This document shows positions 47,721 to 60,202 of a DNA stretch of 64,000 nt, piece by piece (position 1 is the stretch's first letter; every line of letters starts with the position of its first letter). Origin of the DNA: Okamejei kenojei. Lineage: Eukaryota. The stretch spans positions 100,068,001 through 100,132,000 of the forward strand of contig CM069134.1 in assembly GCA_035221665.1 (NCBI GenBank), read 5' to 3'. A model generated the notes under the pieces. The model had not been told where the DNA came from. It ran no database searches and saw only the letters and a program-made list of their open reading frames with translations. Both the position numbers and the translations under genes were made by a program.

Positions 47721-48030
47721 AGGGTGGCACAGTAACACAGTTGGTAGAGATGCTACCTCATGGCGCCTGAGACCCGGGATCAATCCTGACCTCGGGTGCA
47801 GTTTGTGTAGAGTTTGCACATTCTCCCTGTGGGTTTCCTCCAGGTTTTCCGGTTTCCTTCCATATCCCAAAGACGTGCGGATTTGTAGATTAGTAGTCCT
47901 CTGTACATTGGCCTGAATGTGTAGGGAATAGATGAGAAAGTGGGATAACATAGAACTAGTGTGAATGGGTGATCGATGGTCGGCATGAACTTGCTGGACC
48001 GAAAGACCTATTAACATGCTGTATTTCTAA
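47721..48030 (+). mobile_element. tRNA-derived SINE (HE1/V-SINE-like)
   Basis: GGGTGGCACAGT...GGTAGAG head, GGGATCAATCC B-box-like site, GAGTTTGCACATTCTCCCTGTG core and CR1-like tail. Confidence 0.85.
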
Positions 48031-48940
48031 CATGATCACTGTATTTCATCTGGTGAAAATATGCCCCACCAAGCTGTTTGGTATAGTTTTTCAGGTATTT
48101 AATCCTGGCAACAACAATGAACCAGCAAACCAACCCAATAATTGCAAATTTCAAATACTGTACAAACTTTACATTTGTTTTAAAAATAAGCCAGATTTTT
48201 GGATGAATATAATTTTAGAAACACTCAGTCAGTAAGTTCCTGAGTGTTTGAGTATTGGTATTTGGCAATGCCCACACTTTATCCCAACGGCAGCCTCCAG
48301 TTGCTCAGGCATGGAGCTCGCCAAACCAGCAGCAGTTGTTTCCTCTCGTCTTCACTCACTGTCACGAATGCAAAGTTCGAACTGCCTTTTACTAAACTGT
48401 TCTATTGTGCTTATAAATAGTTTCATTATTTGTCCTCAAATGCTAAATTGTAGACATGCAGAGCATGGCAACATTCAATTCTGGGCTTTTTTTGGTAAAT
48501 AAATATAATCTGTTCAGCATTCCATCTGGAACAATTTATTATTCGAAGTTCACGCATTATAAAAATAATAATGAAAACATGAGGTCATCATTCAAGTTCA
48601 AAAATATAAAATACTTGTTCAGAAACTCATTATGCACTAGAAATTATATTGTAATACTGGAAGGATAAATAATAACTAAACAATATATTACAGAAAGCAT
48701 TATCATGCAATAATGACAATTTTCCCTAATGTGAGACTTCATCTGCCAACCTGGGTGTGAGGGATTAAAAATACAGGGACAGTACGTATAATGGAAAAAA
48801 TCATCCTTACAGTTTTCACAAATGACAATAAAAAAATATCTGAAATACAAAAAATAAAAATTCAGTCTTGTGAATTTTATGTGAAAAAATAAAAGTAAAT
48901 AAACATAAAATTTTGTTTATAACTCGCATTCCTGATGCAT

Positions 48941-50372
48941 GAGTAAGTAAGGAAGTTTATTGGCCGAGTATTCACATACAAGGAATTTGCCTTGGTGCTC
49001 CGCCCACAAGTAACAACATGACATACAGTGACAGTTACGAATGACTCAGAAAACACTAAACATTAATAATAATAAAACATTAATGATAAAACACCATTGA
49101 TCAAGCATGTGAACCAACAAAATACCAGATCAAAGGGAGGCTACAAATTTTTGGCTGTTGAGTACTCGTGGATAAAAACTGTTTTTATGTCTGGCTGTGG
49201 CAGCTTTGACAGTCCGGAGTCGCCTTCCAGAGGGAAGTGATTCAAAGAGTTTGTGGCTAGGCTGAGAGGGGTCAGAGATGATCTTGCCCGCTCGCTTCCT
49301 GGCCCTTGCAGTGTACAGTTCATCAATGGAGGGAAAGTTGCAGCCAATAATCTTCTCTGCTGATGATGGAGAAGGTGAGAACAGACTCTATGATGGCCGT
49401 GTAGAATTGGACTATCATTGCCTGTGGCAGATTGTGCTCCCTCAGCTGCCGCAGGAAGTACATCCTCTGTTGTGCCTTTTTGACTGTGGAGTCGATGGTA
49501 GCCCCCCACTTAAGGTCCTTGGAGATGATGGTTCCCAGGAACGTAAAAGACTCCACAGATGTGACTGTGGTGTTGTTGATGGTGAGTGGGGTGAGGGGAG
49601 GGGAGCTCTCCTAAAGTCTACAATCAATTCCACTGTCTTAAGAGCATTGAGCTCTAGGTCGTTGCTATGGCATTAGGATGCCAGCTGTGACACTTCCTGT
49701 CTGTAGGCAGATTCCTCCCATCGTGGATCAGTCCAATCGGGGTTGTGTCATCCGCAAACTTGAGAAGCTTGACAGAGGTGTCTGGGGAGGTGCAGTCGTT
49801 GGTGTAGAGACAGTAGAGGAGAGGAGAGGGTACGCAGCCTTGCGGTGCTCCTATGCTGAGTGTTTGCGGGTCCGGGATGTGCTTTCCCAGCCTCACATGG
49901 TGCTTCCTGTCTGTCAGGAAGTTGGTGATCCACCAACAGAGGGGTTCAGGCACAGTCAACTCGGAAAGTTTGGAGTGTAGTAGCTCTGGCACACAATGGT
50001 GTTGAATGCGGAGGTAAAATCAACAAACAGGATCCTCGCATAGGTCCCCTGGCGGTGTAGGAGCTGTAGGATGAAGTGCAGGCCCAGGTTGACTACATCA
50101 TCCACAGATCTTTTGGCCCGATATGCAAACTGCAGAGGGTCCAGTAGGGAGTTTGTGATATTTTTCAGCTTGGCCAGCACAAGCCTTTCGAGTGTCTTCT
50201 TGACTACAGAGGTCAGTGCGACAGGCCTGTAGTCATTAAGACAAGTAATCCTTGCCTTTTTGGGTACAGGGACAATTGTGGAGACTTTGAAGCAGGTAGG
50301 GACAGTACATGTTTGCAGGGACTGGTTAAAAATGTCTGTATAGACTGGTTGCAACTGTTCGGCACAGAGCTT
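48941..50372 (-). mobile_element. Rex1/Babar-like LINE RT region and 3' end, frameshifted
   Basis: [62 protein letters not shown] and FYTAIIESVL, with a short-repeat tail at 48941. Confidence 0.9.
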
Positions 50373-50374
50373 TA

Positions 50375-50637
50375 TGCCCCTGTCCCACTTAGAAAACCTG
50401 AAAGGAAACCTCTGGAGAATTTGCACCCCACCCAAGGTTTCCGTGCGGTTCCCGGATATTTTTGTCAGTCTCCTTAATGGTCGAAAGTGGTTTCCGCTTC
50501 TTCTATGTTCCGGCAATTATTTCAAAAAATTCAAAACCGGCCGCGACTAAAAATAGGTTGCCGTTTTAAAAATCGGCAATTTTTTAGTCGAAGCCGGCTG
50601 CGATGCTAGTTGAAGGTGGTTGCCAGAGGTTGCAAGG
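50375..50637. mobile_element. PIF/Harbinger-type MITE, left part
   Basis: TTA|TGCCCCTGTCCCACTTAG, homologous to the element starting at 52690. No right TIR. Confidence 0.75.
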
Positions 50638-51529
50638 TACGACCATTTTTTCACCCAGTTTTATTCCACCAGGGAGGTCTTTCCTTACGTATTTGTGAAG
50701 TGGTGAATGGGAAGGAGAGGGTGCAGGGTCCATTCTTTATAGACTGGGGTCTGGCTGTGTTGGTTGGGGGGAAGGAGGGAGGGGGTGCCAGGGGGTACCA
50801 ATGAACAGATAATGCAGCTTTGCTTTACGGAAAGTCATGATGTGGCACTTTTTCTAGGAACCCAAATCCCCCTATCCCCCCACAATGCGGGGGATTGTCT
50901 GTTGAGCTTGTATTTTCTAGTCCACACTTCGTAATAAACCCCAGAATCGATTCCACTAGAATCCCAGTTCAGGAGTAATGAAAGTAGAATAGAAGTCTTA
51001 TTTGAACGTTATCTTCCATTCCAGTGTCTTACAGAATGGCTGAAGAGACTGATAAGTAGTTGGGGAAAATAGTTTTCCTTTCATTAATTTGTGCATTCCT
51101 TTAAAGAATGGAATGTCTTTTTTGTTTTAATAACCAGAAAATCAAGCAGACAGCATCAGACAGTATCCAATGCTTCCTCATATCTTCCTTGATAAGTAAT
51201 AAGCTGATTTGTTGTGTCAACATACAACTGGAATGAATGGTATCTTCCTAACAGCTTAGTCACAGATGAAACCTGGTACTCCTGGGAAATGTCTTGGAAA
51301 ACTTATTGGCCAATTTCAAACTGCGGTGAAGTTTTCAAGGATTAGCAGTTTGATATATTGGCCACCACTGAGTATGCAGATTAGTTGATGCTGACAGCTG
51401 GAAGATTTGCACCAAGGAGAAATCATTCTTCACAGTAACGGAAAAAAAAACGTATTGACAGTTTCATTCCTCTGGTCGTTCATAGTTTCTGCTATAACAA
51501 GCATCCTGAACCAAAATGTATTTTGAATG

Positions 51530-51790
51530 CTGAAAGAAGAGGGGAGGGGAGATATGCCTGGTGATGGCATTGCATTAAGATTACAAAAATGTATATATTG
51601 AATGTGGAGGCCGCTGGGGTGCAACATGAAGACAAGGGGAACGTCATCCTTGTTCTAGTTGGGAGAAGAAAGAGTGAGCATGATTGTGCAGGAAATGGAA
51701 CAGATGCTGTTGAGAACCGAGTGAGCTACACTTGAATAATGTCAGAAGGTGATGAATCAGAACAGATGTGTCAGAGAAAGAGAAACTGGG
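51530..51790 (-). mobile_element. Ancient Penelope-like ORF fragment
   Basis: GACAAGGGGAAC (reverse VPLV) and CAGAACAGATG..GAGAAACTGGG resemble the RT thumb/linker of Penelope-like elements. Highly diverged. Confidence 0.5.
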
Positions 51791-52095
51791 GCAGCACAGT
51801 AGTGCAGTGAGTAGAGCTGCTGCTCACAACTCCAGTGACCTGAGTTCAAACTGATTTCTGGTGCTGTCAGCATGGAATTACAAGTTCTTATCTGGTTTCC
51901 TCCCACAGCCCAAAAATGTGCAGGTACGTTAATTGCTTATTGGTTAGTATGAACGCGAGTAGTAGAATCTGGGGTCGGGATGTGGAGTTGAGAGGATTGT
52001 GAGAAAAGTAAAATGGGATTAGTGCAGGCTTAGTGCAGCAAGGGTGGTTGCTGGTTGCAACACACTTGATGGGTCAAAGGACCTGTTTCCATGCC
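51788..52095 (+). mobile_element. Old tRNA-derived SINE
   Basis: GGCAGCACAGTAGTGCAG...GAGTTCAAA head, GGTTTCCTCCCACA core and GGACCTGTTTCCATGC tail. Confidence 0.75.
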
Positions 52096-53219
52096 TTAAG
52101 AATAACAACTCTTTGTGAATGGTATCGTCATAGAAAGCAGGATGGGAAAGTGTAACAGAAATAATTGGGAGAGTTAATGGGCTGGTATTGCACATTGGTC
52201 ACTAACCTGTTCCTAGAAACGAATGTTGGAAAGTTGAGAAAGGAAATAGAAGATTTGAAAATTGAACAATGAAACAGAGACCAAGATGGAAATAAAATTG
52301 AAGGATGAAGATAAAACTGATGAGTCTTTCTAGTTCTACTGGAAAGCAGGAAATGGCTCCAATACATTAGTCAACATACTGGAAAAGGAGTGAGTAAGGC
52401 AGCCCAAGTAAGAGTGAAACAAGAATTGTTTTGCGTGGCTTATAATTAGACAAGATAGCTTGGGCCTTTATTGAGAGGAAGTAAGTGGAGTATGGTGGTG
52501 TGGTGCATATATTTGGGCATCTATCCTGGTTAGGGGTAGGCTGGAAAGTGACTGTACACCCGCAATGAAAATTAGAGACATGGAACTGAAATGGAAATTT
52601 AAAAAAAAACTGCAGATGCTAAAAATCTGAAATAAAAGCTGAAAGTGCTGGAAACACTCAGCAGATCTGTGGAAAGAGAAACAGAGTAATGCCCCTGTGT
52701 CCCACTTAGGAAACCTGAACGGAAACCTCTGGTGACCTTGCGCCCCACCCAAGGTTTCCGTGAGGTTCCTGGAGGTTTTGGTCACTCTCCCTAATAGTGG
52801 AAAGTGGTTTCCGTGTAGTCGAGGCTTCTTCTATGGTCCTGCGATTATTTCAACAAATTCAAAACCGGCCTCGACTAAAAATACGTTGCCGTTTGGTCGA
52901 AGCCAGTGGAGTGGGGTTGCTATTTACTTACAGGCAGTCGAAAGCAATCTCCTTCGCTGACCGGCCATTTTGATTGGCTCATTGGAGTTTTCAGCAAAGA
53001 TCCTATAGGTTCTTTGGTTTTCAGGACCTAGAAGATCCGCCGGAAGGTAAAATGCCCGCTAACTTTATTAAACTTCTTAAAACTGTCTCCACTCCTCCCC
53101 CCCCCCCTTCCCTCCCATTCCCTTCTCCCCCCTTCTCTCCTCTTCTCTCTCCCCTTACCTCCCCTTCTCTCCCCTTAGAATCATAGAATCATAGAAAATA
53201 GGTGCAGGAGTAGGCCATT

Positions 53220-53327
53220 TGGGGAAAACAAATGGTCGGTAGGGGAAAACAAATGGTCGGCACGGACTGGAAGGGCCGAGGGGGCCTGTTTCCGTGCTGT
53301 AATTGTTATATGGTTATATGGTTATAT
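53220..53327 (+). mobile_element. 108-bp CR1 3'-tail insertion with 9-bp TSD, inside another CR1 tail (53176-53378, - strand)
   Basis: Same 3' UTR and (GGTTATAT)n tail as 8996-9081. TAGGCCATT is duplicated at 53211-53219 and 53328-53336. Confidence 0.88.
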
Positions 53328-53445
53328 TAGGCCATTCGGCCCTTCGAGCCTGCACCGCCATTCAATATGATCATGGCTTCTCCCGCTCTCTAAATGACTT
53401 CCTGTGCTCTGTGGCAGCCGTTTACCTTCCTCTTCATCGTGCAGA

Positions 53446-53612
53446 NNNNNNNNNNNNNNNNNNNNNNNNNNNNNNNNNNNNNNNNNNNNNNNNNNNNNNN
53501 NNNNNNNNNNNNNNNNNNNNNNNNNNNNNNNNNNNNNNNNNNNNNNNNNNNNNNNNNNNNNNNNNNNNNNNNNNNNNNNNNNNNNNNNNNNNNNNNNNNN
53601 NNNNNNNNNNNN
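53446..53612. other. Assembly gap
   Basis: Run of N. Confidence 1.
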
Positions 53613-55293
53613 TGTAGGATCTTTGCGCAGTAGATGCAGACAGTAGATGCAGCTCACGCTTCGGTCGAGGCTTTCCAGGCAAGAGACCAAAACCTCTGGC
53701 GACTCATGGAAACCTTGGGTGGGGCGCAAGGTCACCAGAGGTTTCCGTTCAGGTTCCCTAAGTGGGACAGGGTTTCAGGCTGAAGACCACTTTTCTGAAC
53801 TACTCAATATTTTCTGGTTTTAATTCAATGAACTGGAACTGTTAAAGTGATGGTGGCTGCAATTAATTTGGCAGATATATATGGGAAGAGACTAGATGAA
53901 GAGAAAAAGGGACTTCTGGGATGACAAGAAAATAGGTGTTTACTAGAGCGTTTGTAGGTGTGGACCTTAGAGTTGTACAAAGTTGAATGGTGATGAGATT
54001 ACATGCCGTGGAAACAAGGTTCATGTACAGTGTGCCAACACAGTGTCACATTTATTCTTAAATTCTATTAACCACTGACATTTATGACAACATATCCATG
54101 CTTTGCTCATAAAAACTAATTAAGATGAAGGTTCATTAACCTCAGGATCATCTAATTCTGCTTCTCGAACCTTCTGTTGGCCATTAGTTGAGGTACAACA
54201 TTATGGCAAGTTTTATTTCCCACTTTAAGTTAAATGCAGTAAATGTTTGTGGATGTGCACTTTCGCTCTCACATCCTGATAGGCATTAGTTCATTAAAAC
54301 TTATGTTGTAGAATCATTCTTCTTATAAAATGTTTGTCTTTTCATTGTGACAAAGTGGAACTCTTTCCCCCGTACTTCCCCTCAACCATCCCAATCTGCT
54401 TAATTCAAAATAGAATGGTTTCACTCTTCCTTTGCTCTCAGTTAACACTGGTACAATTTCTTCCTCTACTGTCCTACCCAATATAACCATTCCCCCTCCG
54501 CCTTCACTCTAATTTTCTTCTCTCAGTCACTTCCATTATTTAATCCTATTTGTTTTCCCATGTTTTCTCTCTCTTCTCCTTCCTTTATCCCTTAGCTGCT
54601 TCCCTTCCCTCCCCTCCCCCTCCTCGAGTAGGACTGTTTGCTGCACGTTCCGAAATGGACACTCCCACGGCCTACAACAGGGGTTGATCCCAAGTTCAGC
54701 AGCTGCAGCACATCGACATTTTGGAGCAGCTGTGAGGAATAAATCAGGGAGCAAAGGGTAACAGCCTGGATTTTCATGTTAGATGGCTTAATAACAATGC
54801 TGTCATCATTTTCCAGTGGCCCCGGTTAGCCTATTAAATCCAGAAGTGCCTTGTTAAATAACATTTTATACATATGTTTTTTAATGTAAGGCTTGAATTG
54901 TTACATTTATATACCGGTAACTGTATGCTAAAACATTGGTATTTGGAATTGTATTTTAAAGAGGTTACTTTCATGCAACAGCTCCATGAATCTTTAAACA
55001 GTGATTGAAAACCTATTTGAAGCTTTAGGTGAGAATTTTTAACTTTTTAAAATTTCCAACATGGCTATGATATAAGGTAATTGACCTGAAACATTAACTA
55101 TTTTTCCTCTTCATAATTGCAGCCTGACCTGAGTAATTCTAGAATTCTCTGGATTTGTTTCAAATTTTCAGCAACTGCAGTATTTTGTTTTTGGATCGTT
55201 CTCTTATTGCAGGTCCCATGAAGTCTGCATTCCTTGGTTCTGCAGCTGAGGGTCCCTTTTTGACTTCAGGCCACGGATTTTGGGCGTTCCATT

Positions 55294-55580
55294 CCATGTA
55301 TAACCATATAACCATATAACAATTACAGCACGGAAACAGGCCCTCTCGGCCCTTCCAGTCCGTGCCGACCATTTGTTTTCCCCTAGTCCCATCTACCTGC
55401 ACTCAGACCATACCCCTCCATTCCCTTCACGTCCATATACCTATCCACTTTACTCTTAAATGTTAAAATCGATCCTGCCTCCGCCACTTCTGCTGGAAGC
55501 TGATTCCACACAGCCACCACTCTCTGAGTAAAGAAGTTCCCCCTCACGTTACCCCGAAACCTCTGTCCCTTAATTCTCAT
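55294..55580 (-). mobile_element. CR1 3' end, same family as 6793-9081
   Basis: MRIKGQRFRGNVRGNFFTQRVVAVWNQLP...AGRWD*, with the matching 3' UTR and tail. Confidence 0.92.
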
Positions 55581-58500
55581 AACCCAAAACATTTAAATCT
55601 GATTGACTGTTTAAATACAGCAGGCATCTATTCAACTGCTGTCCGTGCATAGGGGAGAGTGACATTGAGAGTGGGGTGCAGGGCACCAGTGGATAATTTG
55701 TTCTTGTAATTATAAATCTCAGGGGACCTCCAAAACCATAGGCTATTGGTCCAAGGTGAGTGGTAGGAAGGTCAGGGGAGGTTTAAGGAAACAAAAATCA
55801 GCTGGAAGTTGTTGGAGTCTGGAACATACTACCTAATAAGATACTTTTACAACATTTAAGTATAATCTGTATGAGCATTTGAATTGTCAAGGCACTGAGA
55901 GCTGACAAATAGGATTGGATAGGTGCTTACTTGATGATCAGCATGGACAGGTGGGCCCTTCTCTGTGCTGTATGACTCTATGGGAATATATTTTTCAATT
56001 AAGCAGTTACTGAAATTTATAGCATAAGAGGAGGTCATTTGTTCCATGATGCCCATGACATCCGAATATAAAAACTATTTGGACCAACTCCATTTCATTA
56101 TGCTTTGTAGCCTTGTAAGTGACAGGACATCAAGTACACATCCAGGTTCCTTTCAAATGTGCTGAGGGGTTTTGCCTCCAATTCCCTCCAATGAGTGATT
56201 TCCTGACCTCGTCACCTATTGAAAGCAAAGTGTTTTCTTCCATTCCCCTTTAATCCTTGTGGGAGAATATGTGGCTGAAAAGCATTCCTGATACAGAGCC
56301 AAAGCGACATGTGGCTTGCTATAATGCATGAATTAAAACATAATCCATTGTAAAGCTGTCCAAGATATATATTGTCCCACCTTTGAAAGGACATTGCCAT
56401 AATTTACGTGAGGTCAAAGAAGGCCTTGAAATTGCAGCTTTAATCATAACAGGACGGACTCAGAGGAGCATTTGCACCAAAACTAGAAATGCATCCAATA
56501 TTATTAATTTAACTTTAAACGATAGATTCAACCAAAATTATTTGTCTGCTTTTTTAGTTATTGTAGTTTCCATTTTTGTTTGCTCTGCTGTTCTTCTGTC
56601 TCCTTTGTTGCTATTTTTTTCATTCTACATTGTGGACAGGCAACCGCTTCAATACCCTCATCTCATAAATCCATGCTGCATTGATTTAAGGTCATTATAT
56701 CATACCAGGAGTACAGAGATCAAAATGACACATAGTATTTATGCGATATTACACCAAAGCTTTGTACAATCGCAGCAAGAGAAGTCGAAGGAGGGAAAGA
56801 AGGAAGGGTTGGAGATGACCGTGAGAAGGCAAGGGAAGGGTGGGAACTGGAAGTGTGTTCCAATTCTGTTCAGCAGCAATAAGCAGCACCATTGTTGTCA
56901 TCAATTCACCTGAAACTGAAAAGGGGGTGGAAGGGGCTTGAGTGGTACTGAAATAACATTGTTCTACATTCAATGAGAATGTGTGCAGCAAGGACCCATA
57001 CAAATTCTATTAGTTCACAGGTATAGGTAAATTATGCCAGGCGAGTGCTGATATTATGCCATCCTTTCGTCGATGAAGCACAGGGTCCACGGGTTGTTCT
57101 TTTGAGGGACTGGGTATTAATTGTAACAAATGATTATAAAACTATTAAAGTGGTGTTTAATGGTAAAAAGATTCATATATGTGCATGGCAAGAGATTGGA
57201 TAGGCACAATAAAATTTATGTTACAAAAGAAATCAGAACTTCTGATGTAAGATAATTAACCTGAAACATTCAATGCATTTTCTCTTCACATATATTATAT
57301 GACTGGTTAAGAATTCTCTAACATTTTCATTTTTTTAGTTCTATTCAGCCTTTCACAACTTTATGTTAACCCTAAATGCTCTGTAGCCAGTGAAGTACTA
57401 TACAAGTGTGGTCAGTTTTGACAGACAGGGAATATGTAATAATGCCATAAATGTACCAGCCAGGGTGTTTAGAAGTGAAATATGTGTCCAGATATATCAT
57501 CTCTAGGATGAATATCATCCAGGTCTACCCTACCCTTCATCTGAACGACAGCACCTAATCAGTGCTGCATGTATTTTTGGCATAACCTCATGTTTATCCT
57601 TACCAGGATGAAAAGCAGAGAGGAATATAAATTGTACCATTGCTTGCCAGGGCTAAACATATGGGAGAACATTGACCACCAGTTATACTCACTTTTACAC
57701 ATTGGTTTAATTGAATTCAGCACAAGCAATGCTTCGCACACATTTGATATTTGTGATTAAAAATTAATTTCTGCCCCAGGCAAATTCATACTTTTAAATA
57801 TTAGTTCAATGTAGAGATTACAACCATGTTACAATACAAATGTGCATTGCTGTGTTTCTAATTATGTTACTGGTTTAATTGTATTGTTTCCAGACCTTCA
57901 GAATTGGGATGGTGCTTGTGAAACTCTCTAATAAATATATGTAATAAACTTTGAATACAATTTTGATATTTCTGTTTCTTTCACATGTAATTAATGTATT
58001 TAAAAGGTTAGAAGTAGACATATGGCAGTAATTCCACACATTAAATATGCACAAGGTATCTATCTGCCTTTCATATTTTAATGCATTCTGGTTTTGTGTG
58101 AATGTCACTGTGAATTTATTATAGACTTCTGCTGTCTACTCCTTGGTTTTGACATTAATAAAAACATATTTCCTATTGTAACGTTATACCAAGAGGCAAT
58201 TTGGTGCAGATTGGTTTAAACCATTTCTTAGTTAACCCTATGTGTTGCTTGGGTTTAGAAAAGGATCAATTTTGAATGGGAAAAGAGAGCCGAGGTAAAA
58301 CAGGTTCACTGACAAATAATGATGGTACAGTCCCAATTATATTTTCTGCCTCAATTATCCTGCTGCACTATCTCACAATGCCCCTGACTTTCAATCCTCT
58401 CATCTACCATGAACATTCATGACCCTTGTTGAAATGGTGATGGATTATAACATTCTTTTAAATTTGGTTCTACATTTAATCCATGCATCTCTAGGACCTT

Positions 58501-59189
58501 TCCTCACCAGACTAACGTCTGCATGGATTCCACGTCTGACTTTTCGAATCTCCAGGGGAACGGCATCTATGTTTATTTTTCAATGGATCCACTAATGTTA
58601 CAGTGGGAAACTGAGAAAAAATAAATAAATTCAGGACCAAATGCTTACTCAGCTTTTTTGAAGGTATTTTCTTATGCTGGGGATGACTATGCCTCAGCAA
58701 TATTGACTATAAAGTGCTTTGGAAAATCCTACGGTTCCAAAAGAAGCAATATAAATGCATGATCTTATTTTTTCAATTAAATCACATGGCTTTATTTGAT
58801 TTTGATAGAATTTTGTTAGAAAGCAGTAAGCTAAAAACAAGTCGCAAACAATTCCTTTTTCATTGAATTTACTGAACGGAAACAGGGTGCTATTGTTTAG
58901 GAGGGAATGGAATGAGGCTGCAGACAGGCCTGAACAATAGGGAGCCAAATTAAAACGTGGCTTGCATCCTCTTCAAAAAAGCCTACAAAGAATTTGTACC
59001 AAATTTGAAACTTCCTGTTTCTGTTGGGTACAGAAAGTTATCGTTCATTAAAAATAATTTATTTTTTAGGACTCCAACAGTAAAACTGAAGACTACAAAA
59101 TTGCTGTTGGTATGTTATTTGGATATTAACTGTGGGTTACTTTTACTCCATTTGTTTCATTGACTCCATATACACTTCTCATTGCCTCA

Positions 59190-59430
59190 GTAAGGGGCAC
59201 CAGCATGATCAAGGATCAGTCGCATCCCGGCCACTCCCTCTTCTCCCCTCTCCCATCAGGCAAGAGGTACGGAAGTTTGAAAATGCATATCTCCAGATTC
59301 AGGGATAATTTCTTCCCAGCTGTTATCAGGCAACTGAACCGTCCTCTCACCAGCTACAATGTGGTCCTGACCACTCGTATACCAAGCAAAAGTTTTCACT
59401 GTACCTTGGTACACATGACATAAACTAAAG
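59190..59430 (+). mobile_element. Rex1/Babar-like LINE 3' end
   Basis: IKDQSHPGHSLFSPLPSGKRYGSL...RFRDNFFPAVIRQLN and tail TTTTCACTGTACCTTGGTACACATGACA. Confidence 0.85.
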
Positions 59431-59434
59431 TATG

Positions 59435-59802
59435 GTCTGCATTTATAAAATGTCTTTCACAATTTTTCCCTGACTTCCAATGAAGTGTTTCAGAGGTAAA
59501 GTCATTGGCGCAATATAAAAAACAAGGCAGCTAATTTGTGCTCAGCAATTTTTCCTCAAGCGGCATTGAAATATTGCTTTTATGATGTTGACTTATGGGG
59601 ATAAATATTGTGGAAATAAATATGGCCACCATAGATAACTATTCAGTCTATCTTCAAAATAGTGTTGCGGTATTTATTACATTTATTTGACAGGTAGAGA
59701 GATCCTTGGATTAACATCACTTTCAAAATATGCAAGCCTCTGGTGGTGAAATACAGTATCTCCACTGAAGTGAAGTGTTGATGAGGATTTCTGTGCCCAA
59801 GG
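59435..59802 (-). mobile_element. Ancient Deu-domain SINE relic (AmnSINE1/SacSINE1-like)
   Basis: Blocks GCATTTATA, CCAATGAAGT, GGCAGCTAATTTGTGCTCAGCAA, GGGATAAATATTG, TCTTCAAAATAGTG and GATTTCTGTGCCCAAG occur in the order I recall for the Deu core. This is recognition from memory only. Confidence 0.6.
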
Positions 59803-59928
59803 CAAAAGGCCATAAACACAGTGATGATACAACTGAATCACAACAGGTCAGGATCATGTTTGCTAGTTTGTTAAACCTCTGATATTGCTGTTTTCAACTG
59901 CTTGTGTGACTGCAGTTTTGTGCAAGAG

Positions 59929-60202
59929 AAGTGAATGGATTGAATATATCTCTGAAGAAGGGTCTCGACCCGAAACGTCGCCTATCTCCTTCGCTCCTTA
60001 GATGCTGCTGCACCCGCTGAGTTTCTCCAGCTTTTTGTGTACCCTCCCATGGTTCTAAGTTACTCAGAAGATCTTTAAAGTTGAGAATTAAATCTACCTT
60101 GTCTCTAATAAGCTTTATTTAGAGGAATCCTGTGGTGGTAAACTGTGGACTGTTCTCCCTTGAGTAACTTAGAACCATGGGATATATTGAATCCATTCAC
60201 TT
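59929..60202. repeat. Fold-back with 42-bp arms; left arm interrupted by a ribozyme-like module
   Basis: The right arm 60161-60202 is the reverse complement of 59929-59950 joined to 60047-60066. Confidence 0.85.
59951..60044 (+). mobile_element. ~94-bp Penelope-like module with intact hammerhead-like core
   Basis: T-CTGAAGA-A-GGGT CTCG ACCC-GAAAC-GTC followed by the family downstream segment. The boundaries are defined by the interrupted inverted repeat. Confidence 0.85.

Larger units (their letters stand above)
52690..53772. mobile_element. PIF/Harbinger-type element spanning the gap, inserted in a Penelope-like terminal module
   Basis: Long TIRs TCCCACTTAGGAAACCTGAACGGAAACCTCTGGTGACCTTGCGCCCCACCCAAGGTTTCC and the reverse complement at ~53707-53770. 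The host module reads ACAGAGTAAT|GTTTCAGG across it. Confidence 0.8.

Noticed and set aside
54592-54728. Minus-strand acceptor-like site (CCTCACAG) followed by open frames
   Set aside because: No convincing donor and no recognisable peptide.
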